Assembly: GCA_963745235.1 (NCBI GenBank)
Contig: CAVUXE010000059.1
Coordinates: 10,966-74,965, forward strand
Direction: 5' to 3'
Source of the DNA: an uncultured Spirochaetota bacterium
GTDB taxonomy: Bacteria > Spirochaetota > Spirochaetia > SZUA-6 > Fen-1364
Length of the DNA stretch: 64,000 nucleotides
Position 1 is the stretch's first letter, and each line of letters opens with the position of its first letter. The notes below the pieces were generated by a model. It did not search any database. It was given only the letters and a program-made list of their open reading frames with translations, and was not told where the DNA came from. Position numbers and translations under genes: made by a program. This document shows, in pieces, positions 31,924 to 44,046 of the stretch.

Positions 31924-32921
31924 CCATCAAAACATTTCGCGGCGCGGCCCTGCGCCTGTTGCCGTTCCTTGTCGCCGTCCTGCCCGCCTTCCCGCAGGAC
32001 CAGGGGCTGCCTGACGGCCTGTACGCCGAGATAAGAACCGCCCGGGGGACCATCGTGTGTTCCCTGGAGTACCAGAAGGCGCCCATGACGGTTTCCAGCT
32101 TCGTGGGACTTGCCGAGGGGACGCTCATGGCCAACGGGGCTCGAGGGAAGAAGTTCTTCGACGGGCTTACCTTTCACCGCGTCGAGCCCGGGTTCGTGAT
32201 CCAGGGCGGGGACCCCAAGGGCGACGGGACCGGAGGCCCGGGATACGAGTTCCCCAACGAAACCCGCCCCGACCTGAAGCATGACCGCGCCGGCACGCTC
32301 TCCATGGCCAACGCAGGACCGGATACAAACGGGAGCCAGTTCTTCATCACCCTCCGCGCCACGCCGAACCTGGACGGGGGCTACAACGTCTTCGGATACG
32401 TGGTGAAGGGGATGGACGTCGTGAACGCAACGCAGAAGGGTGACCAGATGACCAGCGTGCGGATCCTCCGTGTCGGTCCTGCCGCCACGGCGTTCACCGT
32501 GACACAGGACAGCTTCAACGCGCTGGTGGCAAAGGCCAAGGCATCTGAACGCGGAGCGGCTCTGGCGTTCATCATGAAGAAATGGCCGAACCTCACGACC
32601 ACGAGGTCAGGCCTCATGTACGAAGTGCTGGAGAAGGGATCCGGACAGAGCCCTCCTCCGGGAGCCACGGTCAGCGTGAATTACACGGGCATGTTCCTGG
32701 ACGGAAAAGTGTTCGACAGCACGCAAGCGCGCGGGACGCCGGCGGTCATGCGGGTGGACAGGGTCATCAAGGGATGGTCCGAGGCCCTCCTCGCAATGAA
32801 TCGGGGGGAGAGGCGCATTCTCGTGATCCCCCCCGAGCTTGCCTACGGAGAGCGAGGGTACCCCGGGGTCATCCCCGCCAACGCCTTCCTCGTGTTCGAC
32901 GTGCAGCTGATCGACTTCTGA
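31920..32921 (+). CDS. Cyclophilin-FKBP fused peptidyl-prolyl isomerase
   Basis: FHRVEPGFVIQGGDP, SMANAGPDTNGSQFFIT; FKBP VIKGWSEAL...PELAYG. Confidence 0.92.
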   Translation: MTIKTFRGAALRLLPFLVAVLPAFPQDQGLPDGLYAEIRTARGTIVCSLEYQKAPMTVSSFVGLAEGTLMANGARGKKFFDGLTFHRVEPGFVIQGGDPKGDGTGGPGYEFPNETRPDLKHDRAGTLSMANAGPDTNGSQFFITLRATPNLDGGYNVFGYVVKGMDVVNATQKGDQMTSVRILRVGPAATAFTVTQDSFNALVAKAKASERGAALAFIMKKWPNLTTTRSGLMYEVLEKGSGQSPPPGATVSVNYTGMFLDGKVFDSTQARGTPAVMRVDRVIKGWSEALLAMNRGERRILVIPPELAYGERGYPGVIPANAFLVFDVQLIDF

Positions 32922-32964
32922 CCTGTTGACACGACACGCCCGTCCCGCGTATATAATGGCCGTG

Positions 32965-33042
32965 ATGAGAAATGTCCGTGCGCTGGCAGTCAACCTGAAC
33001 TGGTGGTGGTGGATCACGGGGAGGAAACCGCGGTCCGCCTGA
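32965..33042 (+). CDS. trpL: Trp-rich attenuator leader peptide MRNVRALAVNLNWWWWITGRKPRSA
   Basis: 25-codon ORF with four tandem TGG (33001-33012) directly upstream of trpB2. Confidence 0.85.
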   Translation: MRNVRALAVNLNWWWWITGRKPRSA

Positions 33043-33116
33043 AAAGGCGTTTCAGCACAGGAGACCGCAAGCGGTTACCCTCCCCTGAGCAAGAGGGTGA
33101 CCGCCTGCGGTTTTTT
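33018..33116 (+). promoter_or_regulatory. trp attenuator (antiterminator/terminator)
   Basis: Terminator stem 33064-33082/33093-33111 plus a T run; 33018-33031 (GGGGAGGAAACCGC) can alternatively pair with 33071-33085. Confidence 0.8.
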
Positions 33117-33211
33117 CATTGAAAGACCCGGGCCATGGCCCGGGTCTTTTTTTGAAGCAGGACTGGTGGCGGCCGTGAGCCGCGGCAAAGTCTTTTTCAA
33201 AGGAGTCTCTC

Positions 33212-34577
33212 ATGACGGACGACAGGATCTTCCAGCTCCCCACCCGGGAGATACCCAAGAAGTGGCTGAACATTCAGCCGTCCCTTCCCGAGCCCCTCCC
33301 CCCCATGCTCAACCCCGCGGACGGCAAGCCTGTCCCGCTGGAGGCCTTTACCCCGCTGTTTCCCATGGGACTGCTGGAGCAGGAAGTGTCCCAGCAGCGG
33401 GAGATAGCCATTCCGGATGAGGTCCTCAAGGTGTACTCGCTGTTCCGCCCCACGCCGCTCATCCGCGCAAAGTTCCTGGAGGAGGCGCTGGGCACCCCCG
33501 CAATGATCTTTTTCAAGAACGAGAGCGTGACTCCCACCGGCAGCCACAAGCCCAACACGGCCATCCCCCAGACCTACTACAACCAGAAGGAAGGCGTGAA
33601 GAAGCTGGTGACTGAAACAGGCGCCGGGCAGTGGGGCAGCGCGCTCGCTTTTGCCGGTGCTCATTTCAATGTCGAGATCAACGTATTCATGGTCCGCGCG
33701 TCCTTCGAGCAGAAGCCGTATCGCAAGATCATGATGGAAAGCTACGGGGCGAAGGTGCATCCCAGCCCTTCGAAGGAGACCCAGATCGGCAGGAAGCTCC
33801 AGGAGGACAAGAAGAACATGCCCGGCTCCCTGGGCATCGCGATCAGCGAGGCCGTGGAGGTCGCGGCCACTTCAAAGGGAACGGTGAAGTACTCCCTCGG
33901 CTCCGTGCTGAACCACGTCCTCATGCACCAGACCGTCATTGGTCTGGAAGCGCGCGCCGTGCTGGAGGACCTGGGGCTCATGCCGGACATCATCATCGGC
34001 TGCCATGGGGGAGGGAGCAACTTCGGCGGCATTTCCCTTCCCTTCATGGAGGACAAGATCACCGGGAAAGAGGAACATCGAGTTCGTTGCCTCTGAGCCG
34101 CTGGCGTGCCCGTCGCTCAGCAGAGGGATCTACGCGTATGACTTCGGAGACGCGGGAAAACTGATACCGCTGGCCAAGATGTACACCCTGGGTCACGGGT
34201 TCATTCCGCCCGCGGTCCATGCCGGCGGCCTGCGCTATCACGGCGCCGCCCCCATTGTGTCGCTCCTGGTGAACAAGGGGCTTATCCGCGCCGAGGCGCT
34301 GCGGCAGAAGGAGACGTTCGAAGCCGCGGTGCTCTTTGCCCGCACCGAGGGCATCATCCCGGCGCCGGAATCCGCGCACGCCATTGCCTCGGCAATCAGG
34401 GCGGCAAAGAAGTGCAAGGAAACGGGGGAGAAGAAGGTGATCCTCTTCAACCTCTCGGGGCACGGTCATTTCGACATGTCCGCGTACGAGCAGTACTTCG
34501 CGGGCAAGCTGGAGGACTACGAGTATCCCGAGGAGGCGGTCAGGAAGGCGGAGCAGGATCTGCCGAAGGTAGTGTAG
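33212..34577 (+). CDS. trpB2: Tryptophan synthase beta-like TrpB2 (frameshift ~34065)
   Basis: GSHKPNTA (PLP Lys), [39 protein letters not shown]. Confidence 0.92.
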
Positions 34578-34617
34578 CCAGGGAGGAGGACTGCCGCGCC
34601 CCCCGGCGCGGCGTCCT

Positions 34618-35424
34618 TTATCGTCCCAGGTATTTGTCTCGCGCCATCTCGAACCAGCGGTACACCTTCTCGAAAACATCCAGGTAGTCCTGGTATTGGA
34701 GCTTGACGCGGATATAGTCGGTGAGCTCCGGGGAGCCCATCTTTCTTCCCTCCATGAGCAGCGGGTTGTCCCGGTGCACCAGGGCGCTGAACTGCCTGTA
34801 CTCTTCGATCAGCTCCTTGTCCACGCTGTTTTCCGCCAGTGTCTGCAGGAACAGGGACTCCAGGTCGATCAACCAGCCGTACACCATGGCGAGGCCGTGA
34901 ATGACGCGGTACTCCTTGTCCGTGAAGATGATGAAAGGCAGCTCGTTGTCGACAATCCGCAGCTCGCGAAAGTCGAACAGCCCGTCAGGGAAGACCTCGG
35001 CATCCAGGCCGGGAGACCGGTCAGCGGCAATCCCCTCCGGCGGATCGAGCTGCTCGACGATCCCGGCCGCACTTTCCTTGATCACCCGGTAGAGCTCCTT
35101 CTGTTCGTCGCTGCTCGTCGGCGGATCCGGGAAGCTCTCGAACAACGCTGTCCCCGAGTGCCGGGAGAACTCCTTGAGGATCCCGGCGACTGTCATGTAT
35201 ACCTTCGCCGCATGGGCTTCGAAAGGCTTGCCGGCGCAGTGCTCGTTCACGAGCGGGAGCGCGATCTTGTAGAGGTTCTTGACCAGAGCCGCCTTTTCAC
35301 CCTGGTCCTCCGGCTCCCGAAACCCGTTCCAGATCTCCAGCGGCTTGACGCCGTCAATCGTCTGCAGATCGAAAAACAACTCCCGAACGAATTGCCCGGC
35401 CCGTTCTCCCTTTTCTTCATGCAT
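34618..35424 (-). CDS. Hypothetical protein
   Basis: 268-aa ORF overlapping the pgl stop, typical codon usage, no recognised motif. Confidence 0.7.
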   Translation of the reverse strand: MHEEKGERAGQFVRELFFDLQTIDGVKPLEIWNGFREPEDQGEKAALVKNLYKIALPLVNEHCAGKPFEAHAAKVYMTVAGILKEFSRHSGTALFESFPDPPTSSDEQKELYRVIKESAAGIVEQLDPPEGIAADRSPGLDAEVFPDGLFDFRELRIVDNELPFIIFTDKEYRVIHGLAMVYGWLIDLESLFLQTLAENSVDKELIEEYRQFSALVHRDNPLLMEGRKMGSPELTDYIRVKLQYQDYLDVFEKVYRWFEMARDKYLGR

Positions 35425-36187
35425 GTCTCACATCCCTTCCATAGTCCGCGGCCTCGGGCCCCAGGGCGCTGCGCGTGGCCATGTACACGGTGGTCCTGCC
35501 CCGTATCCATGCCGCGGGGGTGGCCGGATCTCCCGCCCGCGCCCTGCGCAGGGCAGGGGCTTTCTCCTCACCCGCCACCAGGAACACGACGGCCCGGGAG
35601 CGGTTCAGCGCGCCGGGACACAGGGTCAGCCTCCAGCCGCGAGCGGATTGCGAGGAAACCGCGGCGGCAAGCCCGGGAACGTCCGGACCAACCGGCCTGC
35701 TGCTTCCCGCGGAAAGGTGGACATCCCCGTCAGGGAAAAGCGAGGCAGTGTGCCCATCTGCCCCAACGCCGAGGAAAACCAGGTCGAACTCACCGTCTTT
35801 CATTGCCGCCCGCGCTTTCTCCGCGTAGCGCATGGCGCAATCAACAGGCTCTCCGCTCCCGGCCTCCCAGGAGATCACCGTGGAGACCGGCGCTTTGATG
35901 GGATGCAGGAGGCTCTCCCTGGCCATTCCTTCATTCGACTGGGGATCGTCGACGGACACCCACCTCTCATCCCCGAAAAGCCACAGGAGCCTTTTCGAGG
36001 GGACCCCTTTCGCGGTCAAGGCGCCCGCAAGAAGGCGATAGGTATTCCGCGGGGTCGTTCCGCCGGCCAGCACGACCAGGGCCCGCCCCCGCGCCCGAAG
36101 CGCATTCTCGATCTTTTCCATCGCAAATGCGCACGCCCCCTCCGCAAGAGCTTCCGCATCAGGGAACGCCTGGGTGTCGACTGTCAC
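35417..36187 (-). CDS. pgl: 6-phosphogluconolactonase
   Basis: LAGGTTP, GDERWV, GVGADGHTASLFP. Confidence 0.92.
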   Translation of the reverse strand: MTVDTQAFPDAEALAEGACAFAMEKIENALRARGRALVVLAGGTTPRNTYRLLAGALTAKGVPSKRLLWLFGDERWVSVDDPQSNEGMARESLLHPIKAPVSTVISWEAGSGEPVDCAMRYAEKARAAMKDGEFDLVFLGVGADGHTASLFPDGDVHLSAGSSRPVGPDVPGLAAAVSSQSARGWRLTLCPGALNRSRAVVFLVAGEEKAPALRRARAGDPATPAAWIRGRTTVYMATRSALGPEAADYGRDVRHA

Positions 36188-36190
36188 GCT

Positions 36191-37220
36191 TCAGCCGTCA
36201 ATCCGGCCCGCGCGCTCCAGCACTTCCTGGTAGATCGGGTCGCGGGTAAGGGAGTCCACTTCGTCGAGGAGGATCTCACCGTCGGAGGGGAACTTGTACG
36301 CGCCGCGCTCGGCCCCATCGGAGACGCAGCCGCCTCTGGTGCAGCCGATCTCGATTCCCTGCCCTTCATCGAAACCGAAGCGCAGCCGGAACCCTTCCGA
36401 CAGCGGAAACCCCGGCGTGGCATGGACAAGGCGGACGTCTTTGCCATGTCGATCCTTGTGCGAGCCGGAGGAAGCGGGGGCTGTCCAGCCGAGCCGGGAG
36501 GAAAGCCAGCAGAAGAAGAGCACACCATCCGCGTAGGAGCCGCCGTCAAGGGAGACTGACCTGATGGCGGCGAGCCGGGGGCGGGTCTCGGGCTGATCGA
36601 AGGCGCGGGCGGTGAGCTCGCGCAGGACCCTGCTCCTGCGCCACGCGAAGTCTGACGTGAAAAACGCCCCTCCCGCCTTTTCCTTCAGGGCAAGCAGGCT
36701 GCGCGCGGTAGCGAAGACCGCGCGCTCGTGATCCGGGGCGCTCCCCGAGTCCACGATCAACTTGTCGATGAGGCTGGAAGCATCCAGGATGGGGGCCTGC
36801 CAGGAGTCATCCGAGCCGTTCAGGCTGTCCGGCCACCAGGCGAAGACAGGCAGGTCACGGATGAGGAGCGGTGCCCAGGCGCCGGGGTCCTTGCCCAGGC
36901 CGTCGGCGCCGCTTTCGATCCGGACCTCCTCGAAGCACACTCCGCGATTTCTCCTGTCGGGAAAGCAGCGTCCGCTCACCGTGACTCCCGTCTCCGGGGC
37001 ATCCACCTGGTCGATGGTGATGATGCGCGCGGGTCTTCGTCCCAGCATGTACTGCAAGGCGGATGCGAGGGGATCCCCTTTCTCCTGGCTGCCCGGCTTT
37101 CGGAAGATCACCAGGGTGAAAAGGTTCGTCTTGACCCCCGAAGAATACGGATTTGATTCCCTCTCCCTGATGCGGGCAATCTCTCGTTCGAATGGAACGC
37201 GGGTCCAGGACCTTGCTCAC
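36191..37220 (-). CDS. opcA: G6PD assembly protein OpcA-like (frameshift ~37191)
   Basis: RPARII, DLPVFAWW, LIVDS, DFAWRR; lies between zwf and pgl. Confidence 0.8.
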
Positions 37221-38752
37221 AGGCGCCTCCATCTTCTCTCCGGGCTCCCCAGGAGGCGGTTGGCCGCCTCGGGACCCGAGCTGCCTGACCTGTAGAACGA
37301 GGGTTCCGGCTTTCCCGTGTCTTGCCAGCCATTGATGATCTCCGTGATGAATGCCCAGGCAGAATCCACCTCGTCTTTTCTCATGTACAACGTCGAGTCC
37401 CCCACCATGGCGTCAAGGAGAAGTCTCTCGTATGCATCGGGAAGCTCTTCCCCGAACGCGGAGCCATAGGAGAAATCCATGTTGACTGTGCGCATGTCGG
37501 TCGACGGTCCCGGGATCTTGGAATTGAACCCCATCATGATGCCTTCCTGGGGCTGGATTCGAAAGGTCAGGACGTTCGGAGGCGTTCCTGCCCGGTGGCG
37601 GTCAGCAAAAAGCAGGAGCGGGGGTCTCTTGAAATGGATGGAGATCTCGGTGGTCCGCCGGGAGAGGCGCTTACCCGTTCGCAGAAGGAAAGGCACCCCG
37701 GCCCAGCGCCAGGAATCAAGCCGGACGCGCAGCGCCGCAAAGGTTTCCGTGACGGAGGTCGGGCTCACATCGTTTTCCCCGCGGTAGCTGGGCACGTCGA
37801 TTCCGTCGACGATGCCGTGCTCGTACTGGCCCCGCACCGTCTCCGTTGCAACCGTGTCCGCCCCGATGGGAGCGATGGACTTCAGGACCTTGACCTTCTC
37901 ATCGTGGATGCTGTCCGCGTGAAGGTCTACGGGCGGTTCCATGGCAACGAGACACAGGAGCTGCAGCATGTGATTCTGCATCATGTCGCGCAGCGCCCCG
38001 GCCTGCTCGTAGTAGCGGCCGCGGGAGCCGATCCCGATCGTCTCCGCCATGGTGATCTGTACGTGGTCGATAAAGCCGTTGTTCCACACAGGCTCGAAGA
38101 TTCCGTTGCCGAACCTCATCAACATGATGTTCTGAACGGTCTCCTTGCCCAGGTAGTGGTCAATGCGGTAGGTCTGCTCCTCCGAAAAGGCGGCTGCTAT
38201 GTGATCATTCAAGGCCCGGGCGCTGGCCAGGTCTCTCCCGAGAGGTTTTTCTACTATAATACGGGCGAACCCCTGCGACTGGTCCGCAAGCCCCGCCTTA
38301 TGCAGGCGCTCGATGATGACCTCGTAGGAGTCAGGGGGGGTTGCAAGGTAGAAAATTCTGTTTGCAGGGGACGGATATTGGTTTCGAATGGCCTCGTAAC
38401 CCTCCGGCGACTCGAATGCCGAACGGATGAACCCGACATTCTCGACAAACGCGTCTTTGAGCTCCGGTTCCGCCTCCGGAACGTCCTCCGAATCGAGCAT
38501 TTCCCTCACGAGCTTCCGAAACGCGTCCAGAGTCCACTCACGACGGGCGAAGCCGACGATGTGAACGCGCGGGATTCCCCCCTTTGTGTACAGGGAGAAC
38601 AGCGCGGGGATGAGCTTCCTCCGCGTGAGGTCGCCGCTTGCGCCGAAAATGAAAAGGTTCAGCGGTTGCGGCTCCCGCGGCAGGCCCAGGCCTCCCAGGA
38701 GCGGGTTGTCAATATTCAGAACCGCCTCAGATACGGCAACATTATCAGGCAT
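37217..38752 (-). CDS. zwf: Glucose-6-phosphate 1-dehydrogenase
   Basis: GASGDLTRRKL, EKPLG, RIDHYLGKE, RDMMQNH. Confidence 0.95.
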   Translation of the reverse strand: MPDNVAVSEAVLNIDNPLLGGLGLPREPQPLNLFIFGASGDLTRRKLIPALFSLYTKGGIPRVHIVGFARREWTLDAFRKLVREMLDSEDVPEAEPELKDAFVENVGFIRSAFESPEGYEAIRNQYPSPANRIFYLATPPDSYEVIIERLHKAGLADQSQGFARIIVEKPLGRDLASARALNDHIAAAFSEEQTYRIDHYLGKETVQNIMLMRFGNGIFEPVWNNGFIDHVQITMAETIGIGSRGRYYEQAGALRDMMQNHMLQLLCLVAMEPPVDLHADSIHDEKVKVLKSIAPIGADTVATETVRGQYEHGIVDGIDVPSYRGENDVSPTSVTETFAALRVRLDSWRWAGVPFLLRTGKRLSRRTTEISIHFKRPPLLLFADRHRAGTPPNVLTFRIQPQEGIMMGFNSKIPGPSTDMRTVNMDFSYGSAFGEELPDAYERLLLDAMVGDSTLYMRKDEVDSAWAFITEIINGWQDTGKPEPSFYRSGSSGPEAANRLLGSPERRWRRL

Positions 38753-38779
38753 CGCGAAAAATGGTACATAATCTCCCCC

Positions 38780-39496
38780 ATGGAGACAAGCCTGAAGGTC
38801 GCCAACCCATGGGCGCACGCCCCCGTCTTCGTACGGGAGCGCACGCAATCCACCATGGACGATGCGCGCAGGCTCGCCCTCGACGGGTGCGTGGAGGGGA
38901 CCGTTGTCGTGGCCGGCTTCCAGCAGAAAGGGAGAGGCCGGGCGCCCGGCAGGACGTGGCATTCGCCGGCCTGGGAGAGTCTCACGGCCACCATCGTGCT
39001 GGACACCGGCGCGTTCAGCTTCCCTCTGGCGCAGCTTCCGCTGCGCGCGGCCGTTGCGGTCTGCCTGGCCGCGGAGGACGCCGGCGTTCGGCCGCGAATC
39101 AAGTGGCCGAACGACATCCTCTTTGAGGGGAAGAAGCTTGCCGGCATCCTGTGCGAGACATGCGGCAAAGCTGCGCTGGTGGGGATCGGGGTGAACTGCG
39201 CGCAGAGGACTTTCCCAGCGGCTCTGGCCGGTGTGGCCTGCTCCATCGTCCAGGTGACCGGACGGGAAATGAATCCCCTGGTTCTTCTGCCCGTCGTGCT
39301 CGCCAGGCTCAAGGGCGCCCTCGGGGACGAGCTGTGGCGGGAGAAGCTCCTTGCCCGCCTTGCCTACCGGGGAGAACGCGTTCGAATGACGCTCCCGCAC
39401 GGCGGCGCGGTGGAAGGCATCCTGCAGGAAGTGGACGAGCAGGGGAAGCTGATCGTGAAGAGCGACGCCGGGGACCTTCTCAGGATAGAGTCATGA
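38780..39496 (+). CDS. birA: Biotin-protein ligase without HTH
   Basis: STMDDA, QQKGRGR, KWPNDI, KLAGIL. Confidence 0.9.
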   Translation: METSLKVANPWAHAPVFVRERTQSTMDDARRLALDGCVEGTVVVAGFQQKGRGRAPGRTWHSPAWESLTATIVLDTGAFSFPLAQLPLRAAVAVCLAAEDAGVRPRIKWPNDILFEGKKLAGILCETCGKAALVGIGVNCAQRTFPAALAGVACSIVQVTGREMNPLVLLPVVLARLKGALGDELWREKLLARLAYRGERVRMTLPHGGAVEGILQEVDEQGKLIVKSDAGDLLRIES

Positions 39497-40130
39497 CGGG
39501 CCATCCGTTGCGGCGCGCCAGTTTCCGCAGCCGTATGTCGGGATTCACCACGAAGGGGTGCCCCACGGCCTCCAGGAGCGGCGCGTCGAAAATGCTGTCC
39601 GTGTAGAAGGAACATTCCCGCGGATCTTCACCCAGGGTGGATATGTATTCCAGGACTCGCTTCTTCTTCTCCCGCCGGAACATGGGGATCCCATCCACGC
39701 GGCCCGTACAGGTCTCACCGGCGAACTCGAGCCTCGTCGCAATGACGGTTGTGATCCCGAGAAAATCCGCAAGGGGCTTCAGGATGAGATCAAGGGATGA
39801 GGAGGCAATGGCCAGCGTGCGACCTTTCCTTCTTCTCTCCTCGATCAGCGAAGCGGCATCCTTGTAGATGTCGCCCCGGAGCAGCCTCTCGAAGCTTTCT
39901 CTGGCAATCTCTTCCATCGTGGCGCGAGAGATGCCCCGGAGGTACGGGAAGCCTGCCTTGTAGTCCTTGAGTCGAAACATTCCCAGACGGTACGTGACCG
40001 AGTACAAGGGCATCACGAGCAGCACCCGCCGGGGCACGATGCCCCGGCGCACGGCCAGGGAAACGAAGCGAGCGCCCGAGGACCTTCGCGTGATGGTATG
40101 GTCGACGTCGAAAAAATCTATGCCGGCCAT
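39480..40130 (-). CDS. HAD-IB family hydrolase
   Basis: FFDVDHTI, IASSS, YTDSIFDAPLLEAVGHPFVVNPD. Confidence 0.88.
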   Translation of the reverse strand: MAGIDFFDVDHTITRRSSGARFVSLAVRRGIVPRRVLLVMPLYSVTYRLGMFRLKDYKAGFPYLRGISRATMEEIARESFERLLRGDIYKDAASLIEERRRKGRTLAIASSSLDLILKPLADFLGITTVIATRLEFAGETCTGRVDGIPMFRREKKKRVLEYISTLGEDPRECSFYTDSIFDAPLLEAVGHPFVVNPDIRLRKLARRNGWPVMTLS

Positions 40131-40132
40131 GC

Positions 40133-41717
40133 TCACGCCTCGATGCCGACAAGGAGAGAGAACCTTTCCCGCCTTCCGCTCAGGACAGCGCCGGGCAGGG
40201 GGCACCATCCACCGAACGGGTTGACTTCCAGGAATCGCTTGCGGCCTTCACGCACCACGCGGAAGCTCGCCAGGTTCCAGCCGGTGCGTGCCCAATGGTC
40301 CGGGGCGAAGAAGAAGCGCGCCACCGCCGGCCAGATTCACGCGATGGAGGGCCGCCGGCATCAGAGCCCACGCGCCCTCTCCAGCCTGCCGGGAGGAGAT
40401 GCTGCCGTCCGGTGCTTCCGTCTCTATGACGGCCTGCTCCGCCCGGCCCATCTCCCTGAGCGTGATGACAAGCGGGGCGTGCTCGTCAATGAGCATCCCG
40501 GGCGGGATAACCGGCCACCGCACATCCGCGGTTATCTCCAGCAGAGGGCAGTCGTCGCAGAAGGAATATTCGATGCTCAGCGAGGCTCCCTCCTGCGAGT
40601 CGATGGCGAGCACCTCCCGAAGGCCGGTCCCGTCATCCCCTTCGAAGGAGAACGAGTTCCTGGTGTGGAAGTGCCAGATCTTCCCCCCGACGCGAAGGTA
40701 CGAACGGGCCGGACGCGTCGGAAGGTAGTCACGCCCGGCTTTCGCGATGCCCGTGAACCTGCCGCCCGTCAGCTTCACGTCGAAATCGTTCCCCGCCAGC
40801 GCCACATCGCCAAGCATCTGCGCAACCAGCCGTGAACCGCCACGCAGGGCATCCGGACGGGAGTCCTCCCGGGCGTCGCGCACTTTTGCCATGGACAACC
40901 CCGCGAGGATCTCGCGGTACTCCTCGTTTTTTTTCCTCTTTTTTCGAGCGCCACCCGGCGTGCCCGCCAGCGCCTGCCTCAGGAGAGGGGCCGGGAATGC
41001 AGACCAGTCCGGCGCGTCGGCCGCCAGGGCGCGGAGGTCGTCAACGAGAGGGTGGGCGGCAGAAAGGGGAGAGGGCGCGCCTTCCGGAGCGAGCCACGGG
41101 GTGACGCGCTCCAACTCCTTGCGGAGCGCTTCTATCCCGGCCGAGGACAGGTCCAGCATGAGAAGGGCATCGCCGGCCCGTGATTGAAAGGCCCGGACGG
41201 GCATGGAGGGCTGATCAAGCGATACGCGGGACCAGGTGAAGCACGTCAGGCCGCCCTGCGAGCCCCAGGCAATGTTTTTGCGCGTGCTGGGAACGCCGAG
41301 GGTTTTGAAACCGTGCCCGCCGTACGCCGTGAGGGCATCCGCCCGCGCCAGGTCAGGAACTCGGGGCATCAGGATCTCCGGGTGAATACCGAGGAGCTGG
41401 GAAATCCCGGTGCCCCAGGGATTCTCCACCCCCCAGGAAAGCTCCTTTTCGAGCTCATCCATCGAAAGGATGGGATGGCACGCCCCCGCGAAACCCATGG
41501 TCGCGACGATGTCCAGGCCACGCCGCCCGCCGACGGTATTCTCGAGCCATGTGCGGTTGCGCTTCGGGCTGTCAGGGGGAAGGGCAGGGAAGTTCCACAC
41601 GAGGGGTCTCTTCCCGACCATGCCGATGATGAGATCGCAGAGCGGTGGCAGGGTATCCCACGAGCCGAAGTCCCATTGGACGCCCAGGAAAGCCCGTCGC
41701 CCACCCCGTTTCGCCAT
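40133..41717 (-). CDS. Hypothetical protein (frameshift ~40300)
   Basis: SD AGGAGG before ATG at 41717; C-terminus continues in ORF 40133..40324. Confidence 0.65.
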
Positions 41718-41735
41718 TGCCTCCTTTTTATCAGA

Positions 41736-41810
41736 CGTAGACAGGGATGTCGAGGGCGGACGAGGCCATGGACGGCCGAAAGTCCGCTCGTAGACAGGGA
41801 TGTCGAGGGC
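41736..41810 (+). repeat. 22-bp direct repeat pair with ANGGA-loop hairpins (REP-like)
   Basis: CGTAGACAGGGATGTCGAGGGC at 41736-41757 and 41789-41810 flanking GGCCATGGACGGCC. Confidence 0.85.
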
Positions 41811-41904
41811 TGTTGCAAAATTCTCGAAAAAAGCCCTTGATGATCTTTGCATGTTTTTGTATCTTAGCCAAAAGCGCAAACACGCTCAAACAATTCGCGC
41901 GTGA

Positions 41905-43590
<1,686 letters not shown>

Positions 43591-43659
43591 GAGAACTGAA
43601 GAAATCAAGGGCCGCCGCAGCCGGGGATGGCGAAGGCGGCCGATTGCACGGATGTACAG

Positions 43660-43695
43660 AAGGCCGCTCCCAGCCAATGAGGAGCGGCCTTTTTT
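43660..43695 (+). terminator. groEL terminator
   Basis: AAGGCCGCTCC...GGAGCGGCCTT followed by a T run. Confidence 0.85.
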
Positions 43696-43741
43696 GTCTT
43701 CCCGCCTTGCACAAGGGTGGCCCTTCTGTCAGGATTGCACC

Positions 43742-44035
43742 ATGCGCAGGGAGGATTACGTTTTCTGCATCGGCTACGAAGGGAGCACGGCAATCGTGGA
43801 CGGCAAGCTCATGCGCAGGCACAGCTCGGACACCAGCCGCCAGCTGGCTGAGGCGGGGCTGTTCAAACAGGCCATCTGCTCCGCCCTCTGGAACAACAGG
43901 ACGGAAGAGCTGGAGGAAGTGCTCGCCATCTACAATGAGAAGACCACGACTACGGCGCGCTCGGTGGAAGAGCTCACGAGGATCTTCGGAACCTCCGGCG
44001 TGCCCGAGGGGGTAAAGAAAGTCACGGTGGTCTGA
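43742..44035 (+). CDS. Small hypothetical protein
   Basis: MRREDYVFCIGYEGS..., 97 aa, coding-like composition. Confidence 0.7.
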   Translation: MRREDYVFCIGYEGSTAIVDGKLMRRHSSDTSRQLAEAGLFKQAICSALWNNRTEELEEVLAIYNEKTTTTARSVEELTRIFGTSGVPEGVKKVTVV

Positions 44036-44046
44036 GGGCGGGAGGA

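Noticed and set aside
34060-34096. Programmed frameshift or TGA recoding in trpB2 (likewise thrS, lpdA)
   Set aside because: No shared slippery heptamer; same one-base pattern as the many other breaks, so best explained as read error.
38753-39400. 727-aa Zwf with an N-terminal extension
   Set aside because: The extension is the antisense of birA; the true start is about 38752.
41736-41810. Mini-CRISPR (22-bp repeat, 31-bp spacer)
   Set aside because: Only two repeats, no cas genes, and the spacer is itself a hairpin of the same motif family.
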